From an uncultured Rikenellaceae bacterium (GTDB lineage Bacteria; Bacteroidota; Bacteroidia; Bacteroidales; VadinHA17), in NCBI GenBank assembly GCA_964514725.1, contig CAZEUL010000020.1:11394-75393 (forward strand): a stretch of DNA of 64,000 bases, given 5' to 3'. The number at the start of each line of letters is the position of its first letter. Within the stretch, counting starts at the first letter, position 1. This document shows, one piece after another, positions 20,855-31,528 of this stretch. The translations under genes and the position numbers were made by a program. Below the pieces are notes generated by a model that was given only the letters and a program-made list of their open reading frames with translations, had not been told where the DNA came from and made no database searches.

Positions 20855-21892
20855 TCAAACCTTCTCCCATCCCTGAGCTTTTAATTCGATCTCTGTTCCC
20901 TCAGGGCTGATTAGCAAATATCCCTTTGAAGGCAATGTCATATGACCTATTACCCTTACATTTTGAATTTCCTTTATTGTTTCGAATTTATCAACGGGAA
21001 CTGTAAACAGGATTTCATAATCCTCACCGCCGTTCAGACCAGAGATTACCGGATCAATATGAAATTCTTCCGCAGCTTTGAATGTCTCGGTATCAACAGG
21101 TATTTTTTCATAGTAAATCCTGCAACCAGTACCTGATAATTTACAAATATGCATAAGGTCAGATGCCAGACCATCAGATATATCAATCATTGCAGAGGGT
21201 ATGAGACCATAATTCTGAAGTGCCTTAAACAGGTACAGGGGGAGTTCAGGTTTAAGCTGACGTTCAATAATGTATTCATAACCTGTAAGGTCGGGTTGGA
21301 AGGTTTTATCCTTCCCAAACAACTTCCTTTCTCTTTCAAGGACCTGGAGACCCATATATGATGCTCCAAGATCTCCAGTTATGCATATTAGATCATTTGA
21401 TTTGGCTCCATCTCTTGACACCATGGTTTCCCTGTCAGCTGTTCCTACCGAGGTTATGCCTATTGTGAGGCCTGTAAGAGAACTGGTGGTGTCACCTCCT
21501 ACAAGGTCGACTGAATATTTTTTGCAGGCAAGGTATATACCTTCGTAAAGCTCACTTACCTGTTCAACTGAAAACCTCGAGCTAATACCCAGTGATACTA
21601 GAATTTGGCCGGGTGTCCCGTTCATCGCATAAATATCTGAGATACCTCTTATAACTGTTTTGTAACCGAGGTGCTTTAACGGAGTATAAATAAGATTAAA
21701 ATGGATACCTTCCATAAGCAGATCCGTAGATACTAATGTGAGTTTGTCCCCATTATCGATCACACTTGCATCATCTCCGGGTCCTTTTAAAGTACTGCTG
21801 TTATTTCTGGATGATCTTTTTGTGAGGTGTTCAATCAATCCAAACTTACCCAGATTACTAATCGGGGTGTTAATGTTTTCTGTATAGCTCAT
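20855..21892 (-). CDS. thiL: Thiamine-monophosphate kinase
   Basis: 345 aa AIR-synthase-like fold with GDDASV near the N-terminus and the GGDT motif. Confidence 0.8.
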   Translation of the reverse strand: MSYTENINTPISNLGKFGLIEHLTKRSSRNNSSTLKGPGDDASVIDNGDKLTLVSTDLLMEGIHFNLIYTPLKHLGYKTVIRGISDIYAMNGTPGQILVSLGISSRFSVEQVSELYEGIYLACKKYSVDLVGGDTTSSLTGLTIGITSVGTADRETMVSRDGAKSNDLICITGDLGASYMGLQVLERERKLFGKDKTFQPDLTGYEYIIERQLKPELPLYLFKALQNYGLIPSAMIDISDGLASDLMHICKLSGTGCRIYYEKIPVDTETFKAAEEFHIDPVISGLNGGEDYEILFTVPVDKFETIKEIQNVRVIGHMTLPSKGYLLISPEGTEIELKAQGWEKV

Positions 21893-21922
21893 GGTATGAT
21901 TATTCTTCCAGCCAGATAGTAA

Positions 21923-22300
21923 TTATTTTATCCATTCAATATCGCGTCCGAACGGATTCAACGCCACTTCAGTGAGTTTAAAATGCTGCATTCCGAATGG
22001 GATTCCTATGATGGTAATACAGAGGAGGAAACCCAGAAAAGCATGTGTTAAAGCAATCCATATTCCACCGCAGAGCAGCCACAGTACGTTCATTACTATA
22101 TAAAGACAACCGGAAGCTCTTTCCTTGACACGGCTTGTACGCCCAAAAGGCCAGATTGAAAGTGAAGACATTTTTAATGTCTGCAAACCAAAAGGAATAC
22201 CAACGACTGTGATCATAAGAATAAGACTTCCTATAAAATATTCAAGCACAATAATTATTCCTCCAAAAATTAACCAGATTAGGTTGCCCAGGATTTTCAT
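21923..22300 (-). CDS. YccF-domain inner membrane protein
   Basis: 125 aa with duplicated (V/I)GIPFG(L/M)Q membrane repeats, typical of YccF. Confidence 0.75.
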   Translation of the reverse strand: MKILGNLIWLIFGGIIIVLEYFIGSLILMITVVGIPFGLQTLKMSSLSIWPFGRTSRVKERASGCLYIVMNVLWLLCGGIWIALTHAFLGFLLCITIIGIPFGMQHFKLTEVALNPFGRDIEWIK

Positions 22301-22314
22301 ATTAATAATTCCTA

Positions 22315-23934
22315 TTAGTCGATGACAACAATTTTATCCTTCGGATATCTTACAGAATATGTTAAAATCAGCTGTTTAGTTTCCTGCGAATTAAGATCAA
22401 GTTCCCACCTTACTTCACCGGTCTGCTTGTCAATTTTGCCTCCTGAAAGTTCAACTGCCTGAACTTCAATTCCGCTGTTTGAAGAGATAGGAACCTGATC
22501 CTTAATCGTTATCCTGATATTATTTGGTTTATTATTCCTGACAGTTATCTCAAATGAATATATTTCTGTTTTGTTTGCACCGAGTGTTCTGGTACTGGTG
22601 AAATCCTTTCTTTTTTCTCTTTTTACCAGGATACTGTTATCAGAGCCAAGCGAAACAGCAAGGGTATCTTTCGTCTGATCGACATTAAGGTATGATTTGC
22701 CGACAAATGCATTTTCAAAATATAAAGTTGCCTCACCGCCAATCAGCCCCTGGCTTGACCAGTCGGTAATATTACCTGTCAGATAAGTTGCGGATGAAAG
22801 TTTGGGTACGGTAACATAGTGATATTCAGCAGGTGATGACGTCCTTTGTATTTCAATGATCTGTATTTTGCCATCCGACGGGATAGAATAGGGAACAGCT
22901 ACATCGAAAGTAATGGTTGTTTCGCCCGCTTTTCTTTCAACTGCAACAGGAATTGCTTCAGCAGCATTTAATTCAGCAGGTTTTTCCATTGTAACCATGT
23001 CATCCGCAGCTTCGCTTTTTTTAACCTGACTATAAGCAACACCCCTTATTCTTGAAACCTGGGGAGCCGGAACAAAATAATCTATGAACCATGGTTGAAG
23101 TTCAGGAATATCGCCAGAAATCCATGGAGTGGCATTAGAAAAACTCAGCTTCACGTCTTTCCATGTTACACCGGTGTTCTGGAAAACATTGGCTTTATAA
23201 ACAATATTGACAGGCCGTGTGATATTGTCAACCCTTATATCATAAGAAGGATACCATCCGGCATTTGAAACAACATAACTGTAAATAAGCCTTGCTGAAA
23301 CATCTTTTACCGCAGAAATTGTTACTGTTATTTCTCCTGATGGAAGTTTTTGCTTTCCGATTTTTTCCGAAATCTGCTGCTGAAGAGCTGCAATCTGTTT
23401 TTCGTAGTCCCTGATAAGCCTGTTTTTTCTTAATATACCTGTTGTTACCTGATCCATACTATTAGTATATAAATCCATAACATTTTTCAGCTGGTCGATG
23501 GTGAATGAAGTTTCCTTGACGAGAATTGCCCTGTTTGCTACCAGGAATGCTTCTTTTTCTTTAAGCACAGATATGGAAGCTTTCTCATCTTCCACCTTTA
23601 ACTGAAGGGCTTCAATCTGACTGCGGATAGATTTTACCTCAGGAAGGTCCTCCAGATTCTGAAGATAATTATTCTGCTGATTTACAGAGAGTATTACAAA
23701 ATCACCATATCCTTTAACCTGAATACTCTGCGCATCGATGTAAGGGGAGAGCCCTCCCAGCTTTAATATTGTTTTTCCTGCAGGGATTTCAACTGTTGTT
23801 TCATGGGTAAGCTGTGCCCTGTCGGTAAAAACTGTAACATGCTTTAAAACAGCTTTTATCTCTTTTTCAGTATCGGCATTTATGGATTTAAAACAGGTTA
23901 AGAGTATTATAAATACAAGTATAGACTTTTTCAT
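22315..23934 (-). CDS. DUF4139/DUF4140 (MuiA-like) secreted protein
   Basis: 539 aa with a signal peptide, the N-terminal block VTVFTDRAQLTHE..., a central coiled coil and a beta-rich C-terminus, as in the mucoidy-inhibitor-A-like family. Confidence 0.7.
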   Translation of the reverse strand: MKKSILVFIILLTCFKSINADTEKEIKAVLKHVTVFTDRAQLTHETTVEIPAGKTILKLGGLSPYIDAQSIQVKGYGDFVILSVNQQNNYLQNLEDLPEVKSIRSQIEALQLKVEDEKASISVLKEKEAFLVANRAILVKETSFTIDQLKNVMDLYTNSMDQVTTGILRKNRLIRDYEKQIAALQQQISEKIGKQKLPSGEITVTISAVKDVSARLIYSYVVSNAGWYPSYDIRVDNITRPVNIVYKANVFQNTGVTWKDVKLSFSNATPWISGDIPELQPWFIDYFVPAPQVSRIRGVAYSQVKKSEAADDMVTMEKPAELNAAEAIPVAVERKAGETTITFDVAVPYSIPSDGKIQIIEIQRTSSPAEYHYVTVPKLSSATYLTGNITDWSSQGLIGGEATLYFENAFVGKSYLNVDQTKDTLAVSLGSDNSILVKREKRKDFTSTRTLGANKTEIYSFEITVRNNKPNNIRITIKDQVPISSNSGIEVQAVELSGGKIDKQTGEVRWELDLNSQETKQLILTYSVRYPKDKIVVID

Positions 23935-24252
23935 GACAGTGTTTTTTATACCATTAAAGTTAAGATTTTCTGATTAACTGAAGCTGCAATTATCGGACCG
24001 AAAATAATAGTGTTACATTACCCCATTTTTTTGGTGTCAAAAAGGAATTTATTATCGTTTTTCAGTAGTTCTTTTTAACCTTATAGTTAAAAATAAATAT
24101 GGTTATTAAGAATTTCGCTCAGACAAATTTATTAGATGGAATTTGCTCCCTGGAAATCCGTAACACGAAAAATTTCAGATTTGAAGTTTCACAACATTAA
24201 TTGTTGTACTTTTTGGTTTTAAGATCAACCTCACTTGTATTTTAATAAGTTG

Positions 24253-25668
24253 TTAGTTAACAAGTTCGTGGTATCCTATTGCCCCGTGAAGATTATTTTC
24301 TGCTGATTTTCCTGCCATCGGGCATCCAGGAACCGGGCAGTTGATTATTTTATGTTTGTTGTTATCCGCAGGTTCCCAACCCATAATTAGGTAAAGTGCA
24401 AAAAATCCTATAACATAGGCAGCTGCAACATGCCATCCTTTTTTAATCCACTGGAAAACATCCCGTCCTTCAGGGAATTTATTTGTAATTGCAACACCAG
24501 CTGATGATCCGAACCATACCATAGAGCCTCCGAAACCTACTGTATAAGCAAGCATTCCCCAGTCGTAGTGACCCTGATCAAGACAAAGTTTTGTAAGAGG
24601 TATATTATCGAAAACTGCAGAAAGGAATCCCAGAGACATTGCTGTAACCCATGATGCACCTGGAAGCTCTTCCACGGGCATCATTGAAGCGCACGTGACG
24701 AGGCATAACAGGAAAATGGTCCCTTTTATTGCTCCAGGAACCTCTTTAAATGGAATTTTACGTATGAAAGCACTGATAAGAATTGCTATCCAGACTCCCA
24801 GAGCAGGCATATCATAAAGTATATTTGAAGTTATTGCTCCTGCAAGGATAAGTGCTACAATAAGAATTTTTATCCAGTCGACTTTGACATTGGGATCAGC
24901 ATCTTTCTGAATTCTTTGGTATTTATCCTGCTGACGGGAGCCAAAAAAGGCAAAAAACAGCAGTGCTACCATTGCTGCGACGTATGCATGAAGCACATTT
25001 ATTGCTGCAACTCCATCAATCCACATCATGGTGGTAGTTGTATCACCGACCACACTTCCGGCTCCACCTGCATTGCTTGCGGCTACAAGCGCTGCAATAT
25101 ACCCTATATGAACTTTGTTTCTGAAAACCACAAGTGCAATCGTCCCTCCGATCAGCGCTGCTGCTATGTTATCGAGAAATGATGAAAGAATAAAAATAAA
25201 TATTAATAATAAAAAGGGACCTTTCCAGTCATCCGGAAGGTATTTTGGAAGAATGTCAGGAACCCCTGATTCTTCAAATATTTTAGATAGTACCGCAAAG
25301 CCAAGCAGAAGTCCGAGAAGATTAAGGATAATACCCCATTCTCCCTGCCGTAATTCTTTGTCCATTATCTGATCGCTAATAGGGGTTGTGCCAAAGAAAT
25401 GTTCCAAAAAGTTAAACCCGGGGTCAAAAACCAGCTTAAATATTATAAGCACAGCTAATCCTGTTACTGCCACCCAGAAAGTTTGTTTGTGAAACAATGC
25501 AACGCCAAGGAGGATAAGCCCGAAAATTATGAATTCCAACCTAACCGGTCCTATTTTCGGAACTTGGCCGTCAGATCCAAAAAGGTAAACCGGCATTAAA
25601 ATAATAGCCGATATTAAAAAAAATCTTTTCCCGTATTTTGCCAGGCAATTGATAATGCTATTCAACAT
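24253..25668 (-). CDS. ArsB/NhaD-superfamily ion transporter (NhaD/CitMHS-like permease)
   Basis: 471 aa polytopic membrane protein with about 11-12 predicted TM segments. The family is assigned from overall pattern only. The C-terminal tail carries CPVPGCP. Confidence 0.55.
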   Translation of the reverse strand: MLNSIINCLAKYGKRFFLISAIILMPVYLFGSDGQVPKIGPVRLEFIIFGLILLGVALFHKQTFWVAVTGLAVLIIFKLVFDPGFNFLEHFFGTTPISDQIMDKELRQGEWGIILNLLGLLLGFAVLSKIFEESGVPDILPKYLPDDWKGPFLLLIFIFILSSFLDNIAAALIGGTIALVVFRNKVHIGYIAALVAASNAGGAGSVVGDTTTTMMWIDGVAAINVLHAYVAAMVALLFFAFFGSRQQDKYQRIQKDADPNVKVDWIKILIVALILAGAITSNILYDMPALGVWIAILISAFIRKIPFKEVPGAIKGTIFLLCLVTCASMMPVEELPGASWVTAMSLGFLSAVFDNIPLTKLCLDQGHYDWGMLAYTVGFGGSMVWFGSSAGVAITNKFPEGRDVFQWIKKGWHVAAAYVIGFFALYLIMGWEPADNNKHKIINCPVPGCPMAGKSAENNLHGAIGYHELVN

Positions 25669-25828
25669 ATATAATGATTTTGTAAAAGTGTTTGAATCGG
25701 ATTAAAAGGCCGAAATTTATAAATATTTTCTTAATAAAATCCTGAATTAAGACAGAGGATTAATGATCTTTCTTAGCAACAGATATTTATTTCTTCCATC
25801 ATGGTTAACTCAGTCGCATTATTTTTAA

Positions 25829-25836
25829 TAATTTTG
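25829..25836 (+). promoter_or_regulatory. Candidate sigmaA -7 box (TAATTTTG) for the suf operon
   Basis: Exact TAnnTTTG match, about 80 nt upstream of the sufB ATG. Confidence 0.4.
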
Positions 25837-25914
25837 CGTGTTTATTTAGATTAAATTAAAGTTATAACCTAACAAAAAGTTTATCAGTTTGTTAGTATAT
25901 AAAGACATTATTTG

Positions 25915-27363
25915 ATGGAAAAAGATCAGGACAGGATAATAAATGATGTCACTTCAGGGGAATACAAGTATGGATTTTATACTGATATTGAAACTGATAA
26001 GATTCAGCGTGGGCTAAATGAAGATATTATAAGGCTTATCTCTGAGAAAAAGAATGAACCTAGTTGGCTTCTTGAATTTCGTCTTAAGGCCTTTCGTCAC
26101 TGGCAGACTATGAAAATGCCATCCTGGGCGAATCTTAGGATTCCTGAAATTGATTACCAGGACATTATTTATTATGCTGCCCCAAAGCAAAGACCAGCCC
26201 TTGCCAGTCTTGATGATATCGATCCTGAACTTAAAAAGACATTTGATAAACTTGGTATTCCCCTTGAAGAACAGAAGCACCTTTCAGGTGTTGCCGTGGA
26301 TGCAGTTATGGACAGCGTTTCAGTGAAAACAACATTTAAAGAGACGCTTGCTGAACTGGGTATAGTATTTTGTTCCTTCAGTGAAGCAGTAAGGGAGTTC
26401 CCGGAGCTTGTGAAAAGGTATCTCGGAAGCGTTGTTCCTTATACTGATAATTTCTTTGCTTCACTGAATTCAGCAGTTTTCAGTGACGGATCATTTTGCT
26501 ATATTCCAAAGGGTGTCAGATGTCCTATGGAATTATCTACGTATTTCAGGATCAATTCAGCCAATACTGGGCAGTTTGAACGTACTCTGCTTGTTGCCGA
26601 CGAAGAAAGTTATGTAAGTTATCTTGAAGGATGTACGGCACCTATGCGTGATGAGAATCAACTTCATGCTGCAGTTGTGGAAATAATTGCAGAGAACAAT
26701 GCAGAGGTGAAATATTCAACTGTACAGAATTGGTATCCTGGAGATAAGGATGGCAAAGGCGGCATTTTCAATTTTGTAACCAAAAGAGGTCTTTGCAGGG
26801 GAGAAAACTCAAAGATTTCCTGGACTCAGGTGGAGACCGGTTCGGCAATTACATGGAAATATCCTTCATGTATACTTCGTGGTGATAATTCAACAGGAGA
26901 ATTTTACTCAGTAGCTGTTACAAATCATCATCAGCAGGCTGACACCGGGACCAAAATGATTCATATCGGAAAGAATACCAAAAGCACAATTGTTTCAAAA
27001 GGTATTTCAGCGGGTTTTGGCCAGAACAGCTACCGCGGGCTTGTTAAGGTCCTAAAAAATGCTATGAATGCTCGTAATTTCTCACAATGCGACTCCCTTC
27101 TTTTAGGAGACAAGTGCGGAGCTCATACTTTTCCTTATCTGGAGGTTAATAATCAGAGCGCTATAGTTGAACATGAAGCTACAACCTCAAAGATAGGAGA
27201 AGATCAGATTTTCTATTGTAACCAGAGGGGTATTTCGACCGAAGATGCCGTAGGTCTCATAGTGAACGGTTATGCACGGGAAGTAATAAATAAGCTCCCA
27301 ATGGAATTTGCTGTAGAAGCCCAGAAACTTCTACAGATAAGTCTTGAGGGGAGCGTTGGGTAG
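25915..27363 (+). CDS. sufB: Fe-S cluster assembly protein SufB
   Basis: About 482 aa, highly conserved SufB sequence ([19 protein letters not shown]-like block), at the head of the sufBCDS order. I use the ATG at 25915. Confidence 0.95.
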   Translation: MEKDQDRIINDVTSGEYKYGFYTDIETDKIQRGLNEDIIRLISEKKNEPSWLLEFRLKAFRHWQTMKMPSWANLRIPEIDYQDIIYYAAPKQRPALASLDDIDPELKKTFDKLGIPLEEQKHLSGVAVDAVMDSVSVKTTFKETLAELGIVFCSFSEAVREFPELVKRYLGSVVPYTDNFFASLNSAVFSDGSFCYIPKGVRCPMELSTYFRINSANTGQFERTLLVADEESYVSYLEGCTAPMRDENQLHAAVVEIIAENNAEVKYSTVQNWYPGDKDGKGGIFNFVTKRGLCRGENSKISWTQVETGSAITWKYPSCILRGDNSTGEFYSVAVTNHHQQADTGTKMIHIGKNTKSTIVSKGISAGFGQNSYRGLVKVLKNAMNARNFSQCDSLLLGDKCGAHTFPYLEVNNQSAIVEHEATTSKIGEDQIFYCNQRGISTEDAVGLIVNGYAREVINKLPMEFAVEAQKLLQISLEGSVG

Positions 27364-27388
27364 ATAATTTAAAAATCATTTTGTTAAT

Positions 27389-28147
27389 ATGCTTGTTATT
27401 AAGAATTTATATGCTGCGATAGAGGGGAAGACGATACTTAAGGGAATAAGCCTTGAAGTAAAACCTGGAGAGATCCATGCCCTTATGGGACCAAACGGAT
27501 CAGGAAAGAGCACTCTTGCTGCAGTTCTTGCCGGAAGGGATTTTGCTGAAGTTACTGAAGGCAAGGTTACATATTTTGGGAAAGATCTTCTTGAAATGGC
27601 TCCCGAAGAACGCTCAAGGGAAGGAATATTCCTTGGATTCCAATATCCGATTGAGATTCCGGGTGTAAGCATGGTCAATTTTATGAAAACAGCCGTAAAT
27701 GAGCATCGCAAACACAAAGGGCTTGATCCTTTGTCTGCTTCAGACTTTCTTAAACTGATGCGTGAAAAGAAAGAACTGGTTGAAATTGATTCAAAACTTG
27801 CCAACAGATCTGTGAATGAAGGTTTTTCAGGCGGTGAGAAAAAGAAAAATGAGATTTTCCAGATGGCGATGCTTGAACCGAAACTTGCGATTCTTGATGA
27901 AACAGATTCCGGTCTTGACATTGATGCACTTAGAGTTGTAGCTAACGGTGTAAACAGATTAAAGCGACCTGACAATTCAGTAATCGTAATAACTCACTAT
28001 CAGCGTCTCCTGGATTATATTGTGCCAGATGTTGTGCATGTTCTTTATGACGGCAGGATTGTAAAGACCGCAGGTAAAGAACTTGCAATGGAGTTGGAAG
28101 AGAAAGGTTATGACTGGATAAAAAAAGAAGTTGATAATCAGAACTGA
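27389..28147 (+). CDS. sufC: Fe-S cluster assembly ATPase SufC
   Basis: 252 aa with Walker A GPNGSGKST, ABC signature FSGGEKK and Walker B ILDETDSGLD. Confidence 0.95.
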   Translation: MLVIKNLYAAIEGKTILKGISLEVKPGEIHALMGPNGSGKSTLAAVLAGRDFAEVTEGKVTYFGKDLLEMAPEERSREGIFLGFQYPIEIPGVSMVNFMKTAVNEHRKHKGLDPLSASDFLKLMREKKELVEIDSKLANRSVNEGFSGGEKKKNEIFQMAMLEPKLAILDETDSGLDIDALRVVANGVNRLKRPDNSVIVITHYQRLLDYIVPDVVHVLYDGRIVKTAGKELAMELEEKGYDWIKKEVDNQN

Positions 28148-28148
28148 A

Positions 28149-29507
28149 ATGAGCGAAAAAACTGAAATAACAGTTAAATATTCAGGCCTTTATGCTGAAA
28201 ACATACATAAAATAAAGGAAGGGTCGACATCTTATTTGAATTCTTTCAGGGAGGCTGCTTTTGAAAAGTACTCTCAGCTAGGGGTGCCCACAAGGAAGAA
28301 TGAGAACTATAAGTATACAAACCTGGACCTGTTCTTTAATCACGACTATAAGACTTATTTTATTCCCGACGAATCAGATTTCCATAAAGCTGAGGAATTC
28401 AGATGCGATGTTACCGATCTTGATGCTCATGGCGTTGTTCTGATGAACGGATTCTATCCTACAATAAATGGTAAAATAAATATGCTGCCGGGAGGGATAC
28501 TTATAGGAAGCCTTAATGAAGCTTCGAGGCGGTATCCTGATCTGATTGAAAAGCACTATGGGAAATATGCACAAAGCACCAATGACGGACTGATTCATCT
28601 CAATACTGCAATGGCCTCCGATGGGGTGTTTGTATATGTGCCGCGTGGGACAGTCCTTAAAAAACCTGTCCAGGTTGTTAATCTGGTTGATTCATCAGAA
28701 GATACATTTAATCAGCATCGGAACCTTATTATTGTTGAGGATAATTCTGATTTTATGATAATTATTTGTGACCATACTCTTTCCCCGCAGAAATTCCTTA
28801 CTAATGCAGTTACCGAAATCCATGTGGGTGAAAATGCTCATTTTGATATAATCAGGGTTCAGAATGAACATAATAATGCCTGCAAAATCACTCATACTTT
28901 TATTAACCAGGAGAAAAACAGCGTTGCTTCATCAAATAATATAACCCTTCACGGCGGTCTTGTAAGGAACAATACCTATCATTATCTGGGAGGTGAAGGA
29001 GCTGAATGCAACTCATTTGGACTTTTTCTGTCTGACAAATGGCAGCATATAGACAATTTTGTCAGCGTTGAACATGCCTATCCGAATTGTACAAGCAATC
29101 AGCTTTTTAAAGGAGTGCTCGATGAGATGGCCACAGGAACTTTCAACGGACGTATTTTTGTGGCACCCGATGCCCAGGGGACAATGGCCTACCAAAAGAA
29201 TAATAATATTCTGCTGACAGACGATGCAAAAATGTACACTAAACCTCATCTCGAGATTTATGCCGATGATGTAAAATGCAGCCATGGGGCTACGGTGGGA
29301 CAGCTGGATGACAATGCTATGTTTTATCTGCAGTCACGCGGAATCGACAAGAGACAGGCCAAACTCATGCTGATGTTTGGATTTGCCCATGAGGTCATCC
29401 AGAATATAAAGGTGGAACCATTAAGGGAAAGGATGGACAACCTTGTAATGCAACGACTTAAGGGGGAACTATCGCGTTGTGCAAGTTGCATGGTAAAATG
29501 CGGTTAA
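28149..29507 (+). CDS. sufD: Fe-S cluster assembly protein SufD
   Basis: SufB/D-family beta-helix C-terminus (HLEIYADDVKCSHGATVGQLD). I use the ATG at 28149, just after the sufC stop. Confidence 0.9.
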   Translation: MSEKTEITVKYSGLYAENIHKIKEGSTSYLNSFREAAFEKYSQLGVPTRKNENYKYTNLDLFFNHDYKTYFIPDESDFHKAEEFRCDVTDLDAHGVVLMNGFYPTINGKINMLPGGILIGSLNEASRRYPDLIEKHYGKYAQSTNDGLIHLNTAMASDGVFVYVPRGTVLKKPVQVVNLVDSSEDTFNQHRNLIIVEDNSDFMIIICDHTLSPQKFLTNAVTEIHVGENAHFDIIRVQNEHNNACKITHTFINQEKNSVASSNNITLHGGLVRNNTYHYLGGEGAECNSFGLFLSDKWQHIDNFVSVEHAYPNCTSNQLFKGVLDEMATGTFNGRIFVAPDAQGTMAYQKNNNILLTDDAKMYTKPHLEIYADDVKCSHGATVGQLDDNAMFYLQSRGIDKRQAKLMLMFGFAHEVIQNIKVEPLRERMDNLVMQRLKGELSRCASCMVKCG

Positions 29508-30736
29508 TACAGAATAAGTTGAAAGATATAGCAGAAATAAGAGCTGATTTTCCGTTGCTGGGTAAAAAAGTCTACAATAAACCCCTTATTTATTTCGATA
29601 ACGGAGCAACTACGCAGAAACCACAATGTGTTCTTGACGCGGTAAGGGAAGTCTATACAAGCTACAATGGCAATATTCACAGAGGGATTCATGCAATGAG
29701 CGATTTAACTTCAGAAGCTTATGAGAACGCGAGAGAAAAAGTCCGATCGTTCATTAATGCCGGGAAAAGAGAAGAAGTTATCTTCACCTCAGGAACAACC
29801 GGATCAATAAATTGTATTGCATTTTCATTCGGAGAGAGATTCATAAGCAGGGGAGATGAGATTATATTGAGTAACCTTGAACATCATGCCAACATTGTCC
29901 CCTGGCAGATGATGTGCCAGAGAAAAGGTGCAACAATTAAAGTAATTCCTATCGATGATAAGGGAGAGATCGTTCTTGAAAAATACGAAAGACTTCTGAC
30001 AGAAAAGACCAGAATCGTAGCTGTTTCGCAGGCATCAAACGCTCTTGGGACAATCCTTCCTCTTGAAGATATTATTAAAAAAGCCCATTCCGCGGGAGTT
30101 CCTGTTCTTGTTGACGGCGCGCAGGGAATACAGCATGGGATAGTCGATGTTTCAGGGATGGATTGCGATTTTTATGCATTTTCGGGGCATAAGATTTATG
30201 GTCCGACAGGAATCGGAGTTCTTTACGGTAAGGAAAAATGGCTTTCAGAGTTGCCACCCTACCAGGGAGGAGGAGATATGGTTGAGAAAGTGACATTTGA
30301 AAAGACAACATATAATGAACTCCCTTTCAAATTTGAAGCTGGCACTATGAACTATGCAGGAGCAATTGGCCTCGGCAAAGCTCTGGATTACTTAAAGGAG
30401 ACGGGGAGAGAAGAAATAGCTTCACGAGAGAAAGCCCTCCTTGACTATGCAACCGGCAAACTGACAGAAATTAAAAACCTTAGAATCTATGGTGAAGCCA
30501 GAAGCAAAATTCCTATTATATCTTTTCTCCTCAAAGATATCCACCAGTATGATACCGGTACAATTCTTGATAAGATGGGAATTGCTGTACGCACAGGCAC
30601 TCATTGTGCCCAACCTGTTATGGACCGTTTCGGGATAGATGGCACTGTAAGGGTTTCAATGTGTTTTTATAATACAACAGAAGAAATTGATATGCTGGCC
30701 AAAGGAATCGAAAAGGTTATAAGCATGTTTTCATGA
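29498..30736 (+). CDS. sufS: Cysteine desulfurase SufS (class V aminotransferase)
   Basis: PLP lysine motif SGHKIYGPTGIG, catalytic Cys loop RTGTHCAQP, and the start FPLL...YFDNGATTQKP. The start is uncertain (29498 or a little later) and overlaps the sufD stop. Confidence 0.9.
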   Translation: MRLIQNKLKDIAEIRADFPLLGKKVYNKPLIYFDNGATTQKPQCVLDAVREVYTSYNGNIHRGIHAMSDLTSEAYENAREKVRSFINAGKREEVIFTSGTTGSINCIAFSFGERFISRGDEIILSNLEHHANIVPWQMMCQRKGATIKVIPIDDKGEIVLEKYERLLTEKTRIVAVSQASNALGTILPLEDIIKKAHSAGVPVLVDGAQGIQHGIVDVSGMDCDFYAFSGHKIYGPTGIGVLYGKEKWLSELPPYQGGGDMVEKVTFEKTTYNELPFKFEAGTMNYAGAIGLGKALDYLKETGREEIASREKALLDYATGKLTEIKNLRIYGEARSKIPIISFLLKDIHQYDTGTILDKMGIAVRTGTHCAQPVMDRFGIDGTVRVSMCFYNTTEEIDMLAKGIEKVISMFS

Positions 30737-30746
30737 AGATCTTATT

Positions 30747-31178
30747 ATGACAATTAACGAGGTTCAGGATTCCATAATTGATGAATTTTCAGTATTTGAC
30801 GACTGGATGGATAAGTACAATCTTCTGATTGATATTGGTAAAAGTCTTCCGGTTATCGATCCAAAATACAAGACAAAAGACTACCTGATAGAGGGATGCC
30901 AGTCAAAAGTGTGGCTCCGCCCTGAGTTCAACGGACAGAAAATCTCTTTCACTGCCGACAGCGATGCAATAATAACCAGGGGAATAGTATCTCTATTGAT
31001 AAAAGTTCTTTCAGAACGAACCCCGGATGAGATTTTAGCTTCCGATCTCTATTTTATCGATAAAATAGGACTGAGGCAGAATCTGTCTCCAACCAGGTCC
31101 AATGGTCTGCTTGCAATGATCAGGCAGATAAAACTGTATGCTATGGCCTTTAAGGCCAGAATGAATCAGAATACCTGA
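30747..31178 (+). CDS. sufE: SufE-family sulfur acceptor
   Basis: 143 aa with the IEGCQSKVWL active-site Cys motif. Confidence 0.85.
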   Translation: MTINEVQDSIIDEFSVFDDWMDKYNLLIDIGKSLPVIDPKYKTKDYLIEGCQSKVWLRPEFNGQKISFTADSDAIITRGIVSLLIKVLSERTPDEILASDLYFIDKIGLRQNLSPTRSNGLLAMIRQIKLYAMAFKARMNQNT

Positions 31179-31198
31179 ATAGTTTTAAAAAATCAATT

Positions 31199-31519
31199 AT
31201 GGATCCTACAGAACAACTTGAAATTGAAACCAGAATAGGACAGGTCCTTAAAAGTATTTATGACCCGGAGATCCCTGTAAATATTTACGATCTTGGTCTT
31301 ATCTATGACATAAACGTTGATGATGATCACATAGCTCATATTACAATGACGCTGACAGCACCAAACTGCCCGATGGCTGAAGATCTAATTGAGGAAGTAA
31401 AATATAAAGTTGCCGGTACAAGAGGTGTAAAAGATTGTGAAATTAAGCTGACATTTAATCCTCCATGGGATAAAAGTATGTTGAGTGATGAAGCCAAACT
31501 TGAACTTGGCTTTCTATAA
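31199..31519 (+). CDS. SUF-system Fe-S assembly protein, DUF59/SufT-like
   Basis: 106 aa with IYDPEIPVNIYDLGLIY and LTAPNCPMAE, the hallmarks of DUF59. Confidence 0.85.
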   Translation: MDPTEQLEIETRIGQVLKSIYDPEIPVNIYDLGLIYDINVDDDHIAHITMTLTAPNCPMAEDLIEEVKYKVAGTRGVKDCEIKLTFNPPWDKSMLSDEAKLELGFL

Positions 31520-31528
31520 TATATTACA

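Noticed and set aside
27376-27975. 199-aa ORF antisense to sufC
   Set aside because: It lies entirely inside the highly conserved sufC gene on the opposite strand. Its composition is Ser/Phe/Ile-rich and low-complexity, and it has no start context of its own. This is a typical shadow ORF.
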